Assembly (NCBI GenBank): GCA_963743625.1
Contig: CAVUQM010000018.1
Location: 856 to 64,855, forward strand
Direction of reading: 5' to 3'
DNA from: an uncultured Pseudomonadota bacterium
GTDB lineage: Bacteria > Pseudomonadota > Gammaproteobacteria > Steroidobacterales > Steroidobacteraceae
Length of the DNA stretch: 64,000 nt
The notes beneath the pieces are model-generated. The model had not been told where the DNA came from. It saw nothing but the letters and a program-made list of their open reading frames with translations, and ran no database searches. A program made the position numbers and the translations under genes. Of this stretch, positions 1-10,029 are shown one piece after another. Each line of letters starts with the position of its first letter. Position 1 is the first letter of the stretch.

Positions 1-1147
1 GCTGCGCAAGGTGGCGTATTGGCGTCGATCGATGGTGTGCGCGCGCCCGAGCAGACGGGTAAGCGAGCGATCGGCGAACAGCAGGAGCAGAAGGGCAGCG
101 ACCACCACCGCGGCTCCGGTAAGCCATTCGCGCACCACCTCACTTTGCTGGCCGGCGACGACGTCACCCCAGCTCTGATAGGCGTCGGCCAGCTTCTTGC
201 GTGCGGCAATGCGTTTGTCGCGCACCATGATGCTGCGCTGATAGAGGGCGAACTCACGTGTGAGGTTGAGTCGCCTGTCGGTCTCCTTGCCGCCACCCGT
301 GCCGGGATCGGGCGAGAGCGGCGGATTGGGGCCCGTCTTCGCTCCCGCCGCGGCCGTGCTGCCCAAGGCGCCAGCTGCTGCTGCACGCTCAGGAATTCGG
401 CTGCAATCTGCTGACGCTCCGCGGCGAGTTTGGCAGCGCCTTCGGCGACCTCGTGACCCGCCTCCTCAATGGCGTTCGCTTGTGACGCAAGCCCAGCCGT
501 TGGCGCACCTGCGCAACCATGCCGTGGAGGGACGATAGGGCACTGGCCGCGGCGACGGGAGCCGAAGGCGCGGAATCACGCTCGGCGGCGAGGTGTTCTT
601 CTTGGGCGTTCTGGATCGCTGGTGTACGTTGCCGCCGGCGGCCATCAAGTCGTCGTTGGCCTCCTCGATCTCGTCCTTCTCAATCTCGATTCGCGACCCC
701 ACAAGATCAAGCTGATCCTGAAGGTCGGGCTTCTCCGGCTCAGTGGCCTTCCCCATCCTTTGGGCCAAGGTGCCGAGGAGCTCGGTGTCGCTGTCCAGAC
801 TGTGCTGCGCGTCGGCGATCCGTGCCTGAGCCTTCAACGCTGCTGGGCTCAGGACGGAGGATGTGCCTGGATCTCGTCCAGTGCACCCATAAAGGCAAGG
901 TCCAGCTCGTAGTTGGCGGCTTGCACCGCGGCCTGTGCAAAAGGCCGTTCCTCGGGCGTGTTCGCAAGTCTCGCTAAGCTCTGCGCAGTGCGCAGCGCGC
1001 TCTCGTCGATCACCGGCACGCGGCTCATGCTGACGCCGGCTGGCTGGTCACGCGCGCAGCAGGTTCGCGGGCGTTCCACCGGGCGTAAAGGGCAACGGCT
1101 AGCAACAGCGCGAGCACCGTCGCGCAGATCTTCTGCAGGGCATTCAT
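1..1147 (-). CDS. Partial coiled-coil membrane protein, possibly the N-terminal region of an MscK/MscS-type channel; continues past the window start; split over three frames
   Basis: ATG at 1147 opens a signal/TM peptide MNALQKICATVLALLLAVALYA. ORFs 849..1151 and 466..837 (-) plus an unlisted open frame across 1..460 (..ALYQRSIMVRDKRIAARKKLADAYQSWGDVV.. then TM LTGAAVVVAALLLLLFA) read as one Ala/Gln/Glu-rich coiled-coil protein. The family guess is weak. Confidence 0.35.
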
Positions 1148-1278
1148 GCATCTATGATGCCATGCGTGCGAGCCCGAGCGTCATTTGGTTCGGGGACGCC
1201 AAAGAGTTCCGACTGGAGTCGTGGATTTACGAGGTCTGTGTTCGCGGCAGATTCATTCTCGAGCATGCATTGCACTGA

Positions 1279-1301
1279 CCAATGGACGGGCGATCCGTTG
1301 G
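1279..1301 (+). repeat. REP-like palindromic element copy (CCAATGGA-cgggcga-TCCGTTGG)
   Basis: 8-nt arms with one mismatch. Right arm GCGATCCGTTGG fits the family consensus GC(A/G)ATCCGTTGG. Intergenic. Confidence 0.6.
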
Positions 1302-1458
1302 CGGGCGGGGGCGTAAGGCTTGCTTGCGCCGCTCGTCGACACCGCCGGCAGCGCAGTGCGAATTCGTGCGGAAGCCGCACCACGAATGAGCTACGGCCCA
1401 TCGATTTGTCAGGGGCCGAGGGGCTGTGAACTATTTGATGACGAGCACGCACCACGGG

Positions 1459-1821
1459 TCAGTCGTAACCCCAGCCGCGGACTGCCAGAGCTGCGCCGAT
1501 AAAGTCCTCGCATGCGAGCGTGGACGCCGCTAGGCCAGCCCGGCGCTCTGAGCATGCAAACCCGGGTCGCGGGAGGCACCGATCTGTAGCGCCGATCAAA
1601 TATCGACGCAGGAGTCCGAAGAGGACCTCGACCTCTGGCAGCGGCCGGAACCAGTTGTCAGACGAGAAGGCAAAGAGTGTCAGGGTCTTAATGCCGCTCC
1701 TGGCGGCACACCGCACCACCGCGTCGGCGGCCTTCGCGCCAGCTCGATGCCCAGCCTGGCGGATCATGTTGCGCCTGTTAGCCCAGCGACCATTTCCGTC
1801 CATGATGATTGCAACGTGCAT
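1459..1821 (-). pseudogene. uppS: Isoprenyl transferase (undecaprenyl-diphosphate synthase family), N-terminal fragment only
   Basis: MHVAIIMDGNGRWANRR..GHRAGAKA..GIKTLTLFAFSSDNWFRPLPEVEVLFGLL matches the first ~85 aa of cis-prenyltransferases (DGNGRWA and AFSxxNWxRP blocks). Similarity is lost after about aa 90. I found no frame in 1151..1560 with the C-terminal RTxGExRxSxFLLWQ block. Confidence 0.55.
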
Positions 1822-1862
1822 ATGCAGAGTACTCTACAACACAGAGTTATAAGGCAAAAAAA

Positions 1863-2249
1863 TCAGCGTGGACGGGTTGCCTTGATGACCGCTTCGACGT
1901 GATCCAGATACCGATTCAATGCGGCTCGCCCGGTATTCGTGAGTCGGTAGGCCGACCGTGGCCGGCGGCCATCGAACGACTTTGTGCAGGTCACGTAGTT
2001 CGCCTCCTCAAGCTTGCGTGCGTGGGCACTCAGATTGCCGTCGCTTACGGCAAACAGGCCCTTCAGTTCGCTGAAGGTCAGCTCTTCTTGGACAGCCAGG
2101 GCGCTCAGAATCCCGAGCCGCACGCGTTCATAGATCAGGCGGTCAGAAGACGCTTCCTTGTCATCGGAAGACTTCTTTATCAGGGCAAGCCCGGCCCGCT
2201 TGGGTCGGGCGCGGCTTGCCTCTTCGTGAACTTTAGGCTTGGCTGGCAT
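1863..2249 (-). CDS. Winged-helix transcriptional regulator (HTH_34-like)
   Basis: RVRLGILSALAVQEELTFSELKGLFAVSDGNLSAHARKLEEANYVTCTKSFDGRRPRSAYRLTNTGRAALNRYLDHVE is the typical wHTH pattern (GNLSxHxxKLEEAGYV). The start overlaps the upstream membrane gene by 17 nt. Confidence 0.75.
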   Translation of the reverse strand: MPAKPKVHEEASRARPKRAGLALIKKSSDDKEASSDRLIYERVRLGILSALAVQEELTFSELKGLFAVSDGNLSAHARKLEEANYVTCTKSFDGRRPRSAYRLTNTGRAALNRYLDHVEAVIKATRPR

Positions 2250-2829
2250 GATTCTTTTGCCTTATCAGGATCCCAAAGCCTACGTGCAGTGCGCCAAAGC
2301 CCAGTCCGAGGGCGAGGTTCTGCAAGCTCTGCGGCAGGAAGAAGGCGAGAAGCCCCAACAGAACAAATAGGGTTCCAAGCACACCCACGGTCCTGGTAGT
2401 GGGGGCGCTTGCAGAAACGAGAGCGCAACCGTACAGCAGCAACCACGAGCCTGGAACGGCGTGGAAGCTGCCCGCCTCCCAGAGAACCACCGTCATGACG
2501 GCTCCGCCGAACAGTCCTGGGACCAGGCAGAGCATGAATTTGCGAACGGGCGCCCCGAACAGCGTGAAGCCTTGTTGTGCTACCTGACGACCCACGAGGG
2601 CGCCACCGCTGATCCCGGCGGCCACAGCGGCTGCCACCCAGACCTGCAGCCAATGAGAGCGCAATGCTGGGACGGCAGAAAGCGCGGTGGCCAGCAATCC
2701 CACACACCCGACAGTGATGCTCGCGGTTCCAGAGACGGTAAGCCTGCCCGCTGCCTCCATCGAGGTGCGGATGTACTGCAGCGTGGCGGCGGCGTGAGAG
2801 TCCAGGCTGACAGTTGAGGAGGAGCGCAT
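2233..2829 (-). CDS. Polytopic membrane protein of unknown function, co-transcribed with the wHTH regulator
   Basis: Within ORF 2233..3081 the hydrophobic, coding-looking part starts at ATG 2829 (MRSSSTVSLDS..). It has 5-6 predicted TM segments (GCVGLLATALSAV, VWVAAAVAAGISGGALV, LCLVPGLFGGAVMTVVLW, etc.). Confidence 0.6.
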   Translation of the reverse strand: MRSSSTVSLDSHAAATLQYIRTSMEAAGRLTVSGTASITVGCVGLLATALSAVPALRSHWLQVWVAAAVAAGISGGALVGRQVAQQGFTLFGAPVRKFMLCLVPGLFGGAVMTVVLWEAGSFHAVPGSWLLLYGCALVSASAPTTRTVGVLGTLFVLLGLLAFFLPQSLQNLALGLGFGALHVGFGILIRQKNHASQA

Positions 2830-3386
2830 GGAAAAAATATAGCCGCCCGTGCTACTGATCGTCAAGTACTCTGCAGAACAAAGTAAAGTGGAGGTCCATC
2901 GAGGCAAGCACTGGCGCGGGTGCGAAAGCAGCATCGGACCTAGTTCGCTGGTCCGTCGTCGATACGGCGCTGTGGACACTGAAGTGCAGCGCAAATTCAG
3001 TCCGGAAGACCTCCTCCCCAGGAAGCGTGAGGCAACCACCGTTTGCAGGCCCATGTGCAGTGCGTACGCATCGACTGTCATTTTCTGCGGTCCAAGTCAC
3101 TGAAGGTCACGCGATTGACAGCGATTCTGAACCGTGGCCACTGAGCGCGGGTTGTCATTAGCGCCTCTATGGCCGGTCTTGATTGACGTGTGCGGCAGGC
3201 CCTCTGGGTGGAAGGTAATGGTCGGAATCACAGTCCCCGTTCGCGCCACGCTTCAGCTGCTGCTCACCTGCGCGGTGCTCTGCGCTGGCGCTCCGGCATT
3301 GCAGGCATCGGGAGGCGCCACAGGGGGATTGGCGGAAATTACCGTGGCTGGGGCGCGAGAGGCAGCTGGATCCGCTTCTGGAGGAT

Positions 3387-4655
3387 TTGGAGGAGCGCAC
3401 CTTCAACTTTTTCTGGGATACGGCGAATCCGCAGACCGGCCTGGTACCGGATCGTTACCCCACGCCCTCGGGATCGAGCATCGCTGCGGTGGGCTTTGGG
3501 CTTACCGCTTATCCCATCGGGGTTGAACGGGGCTACATCTCGCGTACCGCCGCCCGCAAGCGGGTCCTAACGACGTTGCGCTTCTTCGCGCGCGTGCAAA
3601 ATCAGCATGGCTTCTTCTACCATTTCATGGATATGCGCACGGGCGCACGTGCCATGAATAGCGAGGTGTCGACGGTAGACACCTCGCTGCTGCTCGCCGG
3701 AATGCTGTTCTGCCAGTCCTATTTCACTGGTGCCGACCGCAGCGAGGTCGAGATCCGCAAGCTGGTTGAGCGCATCTACCGCAGGGTGGATTGGACCTGG
3801 GCACAGCCACGGCCCCCGGCACTGGCGCTGGCGTGGACCCCTGAGACAGGATTTTCTGAAGGCGACTGGCGCGGCTACAACGAGGGGATGCTCGTTTATC
3901 TTCTGGCACTGGGGTCGCCTTCGCACCCGATCGAAGCGCAGGCATGGAGCCTTTGGACCGCTGACTACGACAAGCACTGGACCTCGGTATACGACCAGGC
4001 ATACCTGGGATTTGCGCCTCTGTTCGGTCATCAGTACACCCATGTATGGGTGGATTTCCGGGGCATCAAAGATGCGTACATGCGCAAGCATGACCTCGAC
4101 TATTTCGAGAATAGCCGGCGGGCGACGTATGCCCAGCGCCGCTATGCCATCGCAAACCCGCTGCACTGGCAGGCCTATGGCAAGAACGTTTGGGGCATGA
4201 GCGCATCCGACGGGCCCGGTCCGGGCGGGGAGCTGCACCAAGGCGAGCGCCGCCCGTTCCTTGAGTACGCTGCCCGGGGACTAGCCCCCGGTGACATCGT
4301 TGACGATGGCACCATCGCTCCGACTGCCGCCATCAGTTCGCTGCCGTTCGCCCCTGAGATAGTCCTGCCAGCGACCCAGGAAATGTACCGCCGCTTCGGT
4401 GCGGCTATCTACTCGGAGTACGGGTTTCGCGATGCCTTCAACGCAAGTTTCAGCACTCGCGATCCACAACCGGGACCTACGCAGCCCGGGTGGGTTGATA
4501 CGGACTACCTGGGGATTGATCAGGGCCCGATATTGGCGATGATCGAGAACTTTCGCAGCGATCTGGTCTGGCGAATCATGCGAACGAATCCTTACCTTCA
4601 GCGTGGTCTTGAGCAAGCTGGGTTCTCAGGTGGCTGGCTGGCGCAACTAAATTGA
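3387..4655 (+). CDS. Putative glucoamylase-like (alpha/alpha)6 glycoside hydrolase (PF10091 / GH144 endo-beta-1,2-glucanase-like)
   Basis: TFNFFWDTANPQTGLVPDRYP..SSIAAVGFGLTAYPIGVERGYISR..HGFFYHFMDMRTG..STVDTSLLLAG pattern. A signal peptide MVGITVPVRATLQLLLTCAVLCAGAPALQA starts at ATG 3218 in another frame. The true gene is therefore probably 3218..4655 with one indel near 3330-3360. Confidence 0.65.
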   Translation: MEERTFNFFWDTANPQTGLVPDRYPTPSGSSIAAVGFGLTAYPIGVERGYISRTAARKRVLTTLRFFARVQNQHGFFYHFMDMRTGARAMNSEVSTVDTSLLLAGMLFCQSYFTGADRSEVEIRKLVERIYRRVDWTWAQPRPPALALAWTPETGFSEGDWRGYNEGMLVYLLALGSPSHPIEAQAWSLWTADYDKHWTSVYDQAYLGFAPLFGHQYTHVWVDFRGIKDAYMRKHDLDYFENSRRATYAQRRYAIANPLHWQAYGKNVWGMSASDGPGPGGELHQGERRPFLEYAARGLAPGDIVDDGTIAPTAAISSLPFAPEIVLPATQEMYRRFGAAIYSEYGFRDAFNASFSTRDPQPGPTQPGWVDTDYLGIDQGPILAMIENFRSDLVWRIMRTNPYLQRGLEQAGFSGGWLAQLN

Positions 4656-6211
4656 ACCTGCAGATGATTCGCCGCTTCCTGTCACGCCTGGTCACGACGG
4701 TAAAGAAGACGGTGATGGTGGCGCTGGTCGCGAGCCTGACTCTGGCCGCGGCACCGACAGCCGCCCAGGCCGTTGCCACTCTGACGATCGATGCGGCGGC
4801 CCCAACGCAGCCGTTTCCGCACTACTGGGAGCGGATGTTCGGCTCGGGTCGCGCGGTGCTGAGCCTTCGCGAGGGCTATCGCGATGACCTGCGCGCCCTG
4901 CGCAGCAGCACGGCGGCTGCATACGTGCGCTTCCACGGCATTCTGAACGACGAAGTGGGGACATACAGCGAGGGCGCCAATGGGGAGCCCATCTATAATT
5001 TCTCCTACGTCGACCAGATCTACGATGGGCTTCTGGCGACCGGAGTTCGACCTATCGTCGAACTGAGCTTCATGCCCTCCCGTCTGGCCGCATCCGATAC
5101 GCGACACAGCTTCTGGTATCGCCCGGTGGTCGCCCCGCCGAAGGACTATGGCCGCTGGGACGCCCTCATCACCGCGCTCGCCCGGCACCTGGTCGAGCGT
5201 TATGGGGTCGATGAGGTCAGCCAGTGGTACTTCGAGGTGTGGAACGAGCCGAATCTGGACTTCTGGGCGGGCGAGCCGAAGCAGCCCACGTACTGGACGC
5301 TCTATGAGCACACTGCCCGGGCGCTGAAGGCGGTGGACCGACGGCTGCGTGTCGGCGGTCCGTCGACCGCGCAGGCTGCCTGGATCGCAGACTTCATCCG
5401 CCATTGCAATGAGCAGGGCATTCCGGTCGATTTCGTCTCGACCCACGTCTATGGCGATGATACAGCCAAGGATGTATTCGGGACCGACGAACAGATTCCG
5501 CGTGATCGGATGGTGTGCCGCGCGGCCGCGAAGGCACACGCGGAAGTCAGGGCGTCGGCAATGCCTGCCCTGCCACTGATACTTACTGAATTCAACGCCA
5601 CCTACCTGAACCGCACGGAGATTACCGACGCGGCGTTCATGGGGCCATGGCTGGCGGAAACGATCCGCGAATGCGACGGACTCGTACAGGACATGGCGTA
5701 CTGGACATTTTCGGACGTATTTGAGGAGCAGGGGGTCGTACGCAAGCCGTTCTACGGCGGGTACGGTTTGCTCGCGGCCGGTCATATTCCCAAGCCCGCG
5801 TTCAATGCCTTCGCGCTGCTACATCAGCTCGGCGATCAACGTTTCACGGACGACGTGCCCGGTTCGCTGGTGACCCGGCGCGCAAATGGCGATGTGGTGC
5901 TGGCGTTGTGGAATTACGCGACCCCGGGGACTGCAGGAGCGACGCGAACGGTGAAGCTGGAAGTCAGGAACGCGCAGGTACGCAGTGCGCGTCTTCAGGT
6001 ACTGGATCGCACCCACGGCAACGCACTCGCAGCCTACTCGAGCATGGGGTCGCCGCAGTATCCGACCCAGGCCCAACTGCTCCAGTTGCGCGCGGAGGCG
6101 GCACTGCCGCCACCCACCACGAAGGCGTTTGAAGCCGGCTTACTGACCCTGCAGGTCCCCCCCGATGGATTGGTCCTTGTCACGATCCGGACCCATCGGA
6201 AGCGTAGCTAA
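4652..6211 (+). CDS. Glycoside hydrolase family 39 (beta-xylosidase-like), secreted
   Basis: Signal peptide, then FEVWNEPNLDFW (acid/base Glu) and LPLILTEFNATY (nucleophile Glu), typical of GH39. TTG 4652 overlaps the upstream stop; ATG 4664 is an alternative start. Confidence 0.85.
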   Translation: MNLQMIRRFLSRLVTTVKKTVMVALVASLTLAAAPTAAQAVATLTIDAAAPTQPFPHYWERMFGSGRAVLSLREGYRDDLRALRSSTAAAYVRFHGILNDEVGTYSEGANGEPIYNFSYVDQIYDGLLATGVRPIVELSFMPSRLAASDTRHSFWYRPVVAPPKDYGRWDALITALARHLVERYGVDEVSQWYFEVWNEPNLDFWAGEPKQPTYWTLYEHTARALKAVDRRLRVGGPSTAQAAWIADFIRHCNEQGIPVDFVSTHVYGDDTAKDVFGTDEQIPRDRMVCRAAAKAHAEVRASAMPALPLILTEFNATYLNRTEITDAAFMGPWLAETIRECDGLVQDMAYWTFSDVFEEQGVVRKPFYGGYGLLAAGHIPKPAFNAFALLHQLGDQRFTDDVPGSLVTRRANGDVVLALWNYATPGTAGATRTVKLEVRNAQVRSARLQVLDRTHGNALAAYSSMGSPQYPTQAQLLQLRAEAALPPPTTKAFEAGLLTLQVPPDGLVLVTIRTHRKRS

Positions 6212-6233
6212 AAAAGTAGCGGAACCGGACGAC

Positions 6234-6270
6234 ACTCCTGCAACCGACGGATGGGCGACCCGTTAGGAGT
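6234..6270. repeat. Hairpin between convergent genes containing a degenerate REP-like copy (CGACGGAT-gggcg-ACCCGTTA)
   Basis: Outer stem ACTCCT (6234-6239) / AGGAGT (6265-6270). The inner sequence 6245..6265 differs at 3 positions from the copy at 39166. Confidence 0.5.
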
Positions 6271-6324
6271 TCTCCTAAGGTATTGATTCCTAGCGCCTGC
6301 GCGTTTGTCCAGTGCACGTTTGGT

Positions 6325-6336
6325 GCAGCGGATTGC
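6325..6336 (-). repeat. REP-like half-site in opposite orientation (reverse complement GCAATCCGCTGC)
   Basis: GCAGCGGATTGC on the + strand. Only one arm is preserved. Intergenic between 6211 and 6353. Confidence 0.35.
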
Positions 6337-6352
6337 AGCGGCCCTGTTGCTG

Positions 6353-7357
6353 CTATGGCCGCAGTCTCAGACCGTCGCCGGCAAACCCAACTGGTCCAGA
6401 GAACTGCGTCGCAATCGACTCCGTGACTGAAGCGCGATTTTGGTCTACCGCAGGTGACAGGTGACTGAGGAGGAGCGCCTTTACGTGCGCTCGTGAAGCT
6501 AGGACGCCGATCTCGACTGGCGGGGAGTGCAGCGAGTACAGAACTTCCGGCGACTGGGGACGATCGAGGACGACTTGGTCGAATACGAGTAGGTCGGCGT
6601 CGCGCGAGATGCGGGCGAGGGCGGCCAGACCGCTGGGATCTACATCTCCGCTGAAGACGACGCTGCGCCCGCGGTAGTCGATGCGGTAAATAATGCTCGG
6701 CGCATCGCCGTGGTGGCCCGCGATGGCGCTGATCTTCACATTCCCCCGCGACTGGATCACAGCCGGAGCTTTTCCGGTTGCCGGCCACGGAAGGTTGGTC
6801 GTGCTGAAAGTGATGGGAGCGGAAAATTCCGTGAGGTAGGCGAAGGCACCGTCAGCGGCAAAGAGCAGGCTCATGAAGCGGCTCGTCGAAGGAAATGCCG
6901 GCTGTCCGCGCCGCGCCGGGCGCCCGGCCGGGCCAAACACATCGAAGTGAATGGGGTCGCTGCCTGAGACGGCGCGTGCCTTGATGATGCCAGGCAACTC
7001 AGCAGCGTGGTCGACGTGCAGGTGGGTCAGAAGAACGGTATCGAGCGAATCAAGTGGCACCTTTGCCTCACCAAGACGTGCGAATGCCCCCGGACCGGCG
7101 TCTATGATGATGCGCGGCTCTCCGGCAATCAGGACGAGATAACTTGAAGACGCGCGACCAGTAGCTCCCGGTCCTCCGGAACCGAGAACGATTATCTGCA
7201 TGGGGAGCTGCTCAGCGTTGCTACGTGCGGAGTCGCTCTGAGCACATACGCTGAGCGGCACTCCGGCGATGGCAAGTGCTGCAAGAATTCGCCGCGAAGA
7301 CCGAATCGGCCGAGGCGTCCGAGAGCTGTTCTCGTCGACTATGCTTGCGGTGGTCAA
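6353..7357 (-). CDS. MBL-fold metallo-hydrolase, secreted
   Basis: Signal-like N-terminus, GSGGPG.., and LLTHLHVDHAAELPG (HxHxDH metal motif). Confidence 0.8.
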   Translation of the reverse strand: MTTASIVDENSSRTPRPIRSSRRILAALAIAGVPLSVCAQSDSARSNAEQLPMQIIVLGSGGPGATGRASSSYLVLIAGEPRIIIDAGPGAFARLGEAKVPLDSLDTVLLTHLHVDHAAELPGIIKARAVSGSDPIHFDVFGPAGRPARRGQPAFPSTSRFMSLLFAADGAFAYLTEFSAPITFSTTNLPWPATGKAPAVIQSRGNVKISAIAGHHGDAPSIIYRIDYRGRSVVFSGDVDPSGLAALARISRDADLLVFDQVVLDRPQSPEVLYSLHSPPVEIGVLASRAHVKALLLSHLSPAVDQNRASVTESIATQFSGPVGFAGDGLRLRP

Positions 7358-7890
7358 TCCGCTCCTCCTGAGCTCAAGCCCTGCCAGAGTTCAACGCAGA
7401 GTCTATTCTGATTTGATGGAGGAGGGCTTAGGCGCGACACAACTTGAGATTCCGGGACAGCCTTCATGCACGTGATTGACGATGGCAGTCCGCTAAAGGG
7501 CGCAAGCGCAGCCTCCCTGAATGGCGCCGCAACGGTGTGCATCCTGAGTCTGAGCGGCACCGATGAAACGACCGGCCAGGTACTTTGCGCGCAATGTATA
7601 TCCAAGTTCCGCCATTCTCTGGAACCACAGCTTTCGCAACGTCATGGAAGTGGGTGCCGACGGGACGCTGCGGATCGATTACCGAAAATTCAATGAGGTA
7701 GAGCCGCTTACTTAAGCTGCTATCGCCCGAGATCGAACGGTTCCTGAGAAAGATTGAAGGCTCGGTTTGATTCCGACCCAAATGCGCGCTGCGCCCCGCG
7801 CGCCGACCTGGCCACCACAACGATAGTTTCCCGTTTGCTCTCGGGGCATCGGTTTTTTGAGAATGCGACATTCGTCGCCGGGTTCAGCGG

Positions 7891-9950
7891 CTAGGCGGCG
7901 GCCAACCGTCTGTACTTGGCCGCTCTCGCGGGGTCTCCCATCAGCTGATACAGATCGATCGCTCGTCTGAGTGCGTCGGTTCCGTAAAGTGTCGAAGGGC
8001 TCCACTTCCTGAGCAGCACCGGAATGCTAGAACTCAAAAGGGCGTCGGCTTCAACGAACTTCCTCTCACCGGTCAGACACTCGGCCTTGACGTTGTCGAG
8101 CAGAGCCATGCGCCAAGGATCGTCAGGATAGCGTTCCGCCATTAGCGGTCGGGCGTTCTCGATCCGTGCCAGGCCATTTCAAAGTGACCACGGCGGCACT
8201 CGAGGTCCGCGATATCGACGAGAATCGGAGCATGCATGCGACTCTTGTTTTCGATGGAAGCCTTCAGACCCTTATCGAACGCAGTTGCCGCGGCGTCGTA
8301 GTCGCCCTTTCCCATTCGCGCCAGTCCGAGGTTGGTGAACGCGAATATCAGATCGCGCTGGGTCTCATCCTGCTGCGCAAGCTGGATGCGGACCGCCTCC
8401 TCGAGCATCGGTATTGCGCGGTCGAAGTCGCGCCGCTCGACGTAGATCAGTGCCAGGTTGTTCATGTCGACGGCAACGTCCGGGTGATCCTTGCCAAGAA
8501 CGCGGGTGTCAATGGCGAGCGCGCGCTGGTAGAAGCTTTCAGCGCGGTCGTTTTCGCCGCGGAGATACGCGACAGCGCCCAGGTTGTTCAGCGTCTCTGG
8601 GACCAGCGGATGCGTTTCGCCGGAGAATCTCATGCGCGCCTGCAACGCCTGCTCAAACAACGGCTCGCTCTCGGCCAGTTCATTGGCATTGGCCTTGGCA
8701 GCCGCGAGCTGCTCGAGAATGCGGACCTGCAGCTCGTTCGGCGGCTGCCCCTGCTGCAGCGCAGATGCGCGTCGGAAAAACTCAATCGCCTGCGCAACCT
8801 TGTCTTGGTAGCTGGCGACGGTACCGCGGCCCAGGAGAATTTTCGTTTGCAAGGAGCGATCGGGTGGGTCGAGGGCATCTGCCAGACGCTGGGCCTGCGT
8901 ATACAAGGTGTCTGCCTGCTCGTCTCTGCCGCGCAGCTGCTCGACGAAGGCAAGGGCTGCCGTCTCTCGCGCCAGCGCCGCGGAGTCCTGCCCTTGGGTC
9001 GCATGGGCACCCTCGAGCAAATGTACTGCAGGTTTGTATAGCCCCAGCCCCGTGTAAACCTCACCTAGGGTCGTCGACAGGGCGGCCCGTACCGCTGGCT
9101 CGTCCCGCAGTGACCCTTCGATCTGGGCTGCACCGCGGTCCAGAATGGAGCGCGCGGTTACGGAATTTCCCCGCGCCTCGCTCGGGTTGGAGACCTGAAA
9201 CAGGGAAATGAGAAAATCGGCGGTGCGTTCAGCGGTTTGCGACTTCTGCACGGCCAGCTGTCGCTGCTTTACCGCCTCTTGCCGTGCGAGCAATGCAGCG
9301 ATGGCAAGCGATGCGAATACCACGCAGCCGACGGCGCCAGCGAGTCCGATCGCCGCCAGGCGCCTGCGCTGTCGCGCGTGATCGCGATGCCGGAGGTCGT
9401 CAAACCTTACTCCAAGCAATGCCGCGATGATCTTGAGCTTGGCGTTATGGCGGGAGTCGCCGCCTGGCCGAAGGTCCGCAGCGAGTGGCTCAGCCGTCGG
9501 CTCGGCAGTTGACTGCCCTTCGACAGCCGTCCCGAGGAGAGCGGGCGGAAAGCATTCCAGCGATGTTGAGAAACCGCGCTGTGAAGCGAGGGGTTCGCCG
9601 GCCACTACTAGACATAGGATCTTCGACGCTTTGCCTTGGTCCTTGAAGACCTGGATCTCTTGGTTGACCCAGCGTGACGCTGCAGCCAGCGGCGAGCAGA
9701 CGACGATGAGGAAGTCGCTTTCGTCCAGCGCCTTGCGAAGGGTTTCTCCCAGATCGGGCGAGCTTGAGAGCTCGTCGCGATCGATGAACACCGGACGTAA
9801 GCGTGACCGCAGCTGAGTTTGTGCGCTTCCGAGTCGCTTGTGCGGTACTCGGTAGCCTTCGATGGCGCGGTGCAGCCAGCGGGCCACCTTGGCATCCGCG
9901 TGTTGGTAGCTGATGTACGCGACGTAGCGCTGGGCTGCAGATTCGGTCAC
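7891..9950 (-). CDS. TIR domain - TM helix - TPR repeat protein (one apparent frameshift)
   Basis: N-terminus YVAYISYQHADAKVARWLHRAIEGYRV..VFIDRDEL..DFLIVVCSPLAAASRWVNQEIQ is TIR-like. The TM helix is LAAIGLAGAVGCVVFASLAIAALLA, followed by many TPR units. ORFs 8142..9950 and 7891..8142 join as ..RGHFE-NGLARIENARPLMAERYPDDPW.. if the T3 run at 8177-8179 is really T4. Confidence 0.8.
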
Positions 9951-10029
9951 ATTTCCTCGCAGTTCTTAACAGCCGCTCATACAATGCCAAAAACGCCGCG
10001 TAAATCAATGCGGCTCTCGCAATCAGGGG

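Noticed and set aside
4682-5785. 367-aa ORF antisense to the GH39 gene
   Set aside because: It is Arg/Pro/Gly-rich with no motifs, and it lies entirely opposite a gene with clear catalytic signatures. This is a typical shadow ORF in high-GC DNA.
7358-7890. 530-nt gap with ORF 7464..7871 (-) containing protein-like stretches (RLYLIEFSVIDPQRPVGTHFHDVAK then, in another frame, LWFQRMAELGYTLRAKYLAGRFIG)
   Set aside because: No family, start site or RBS could be identified, and it requires frame changes. It may be a small broken gene, but I cannot support a call.
8166-9041. 291-aa and 265-aa ORFs antisense to the TIR-TPR gene
   Set aside because: The composition is that of a mirror frame of a GC-rich gene, and the sense strand has unambiguous TIR/TPR content.
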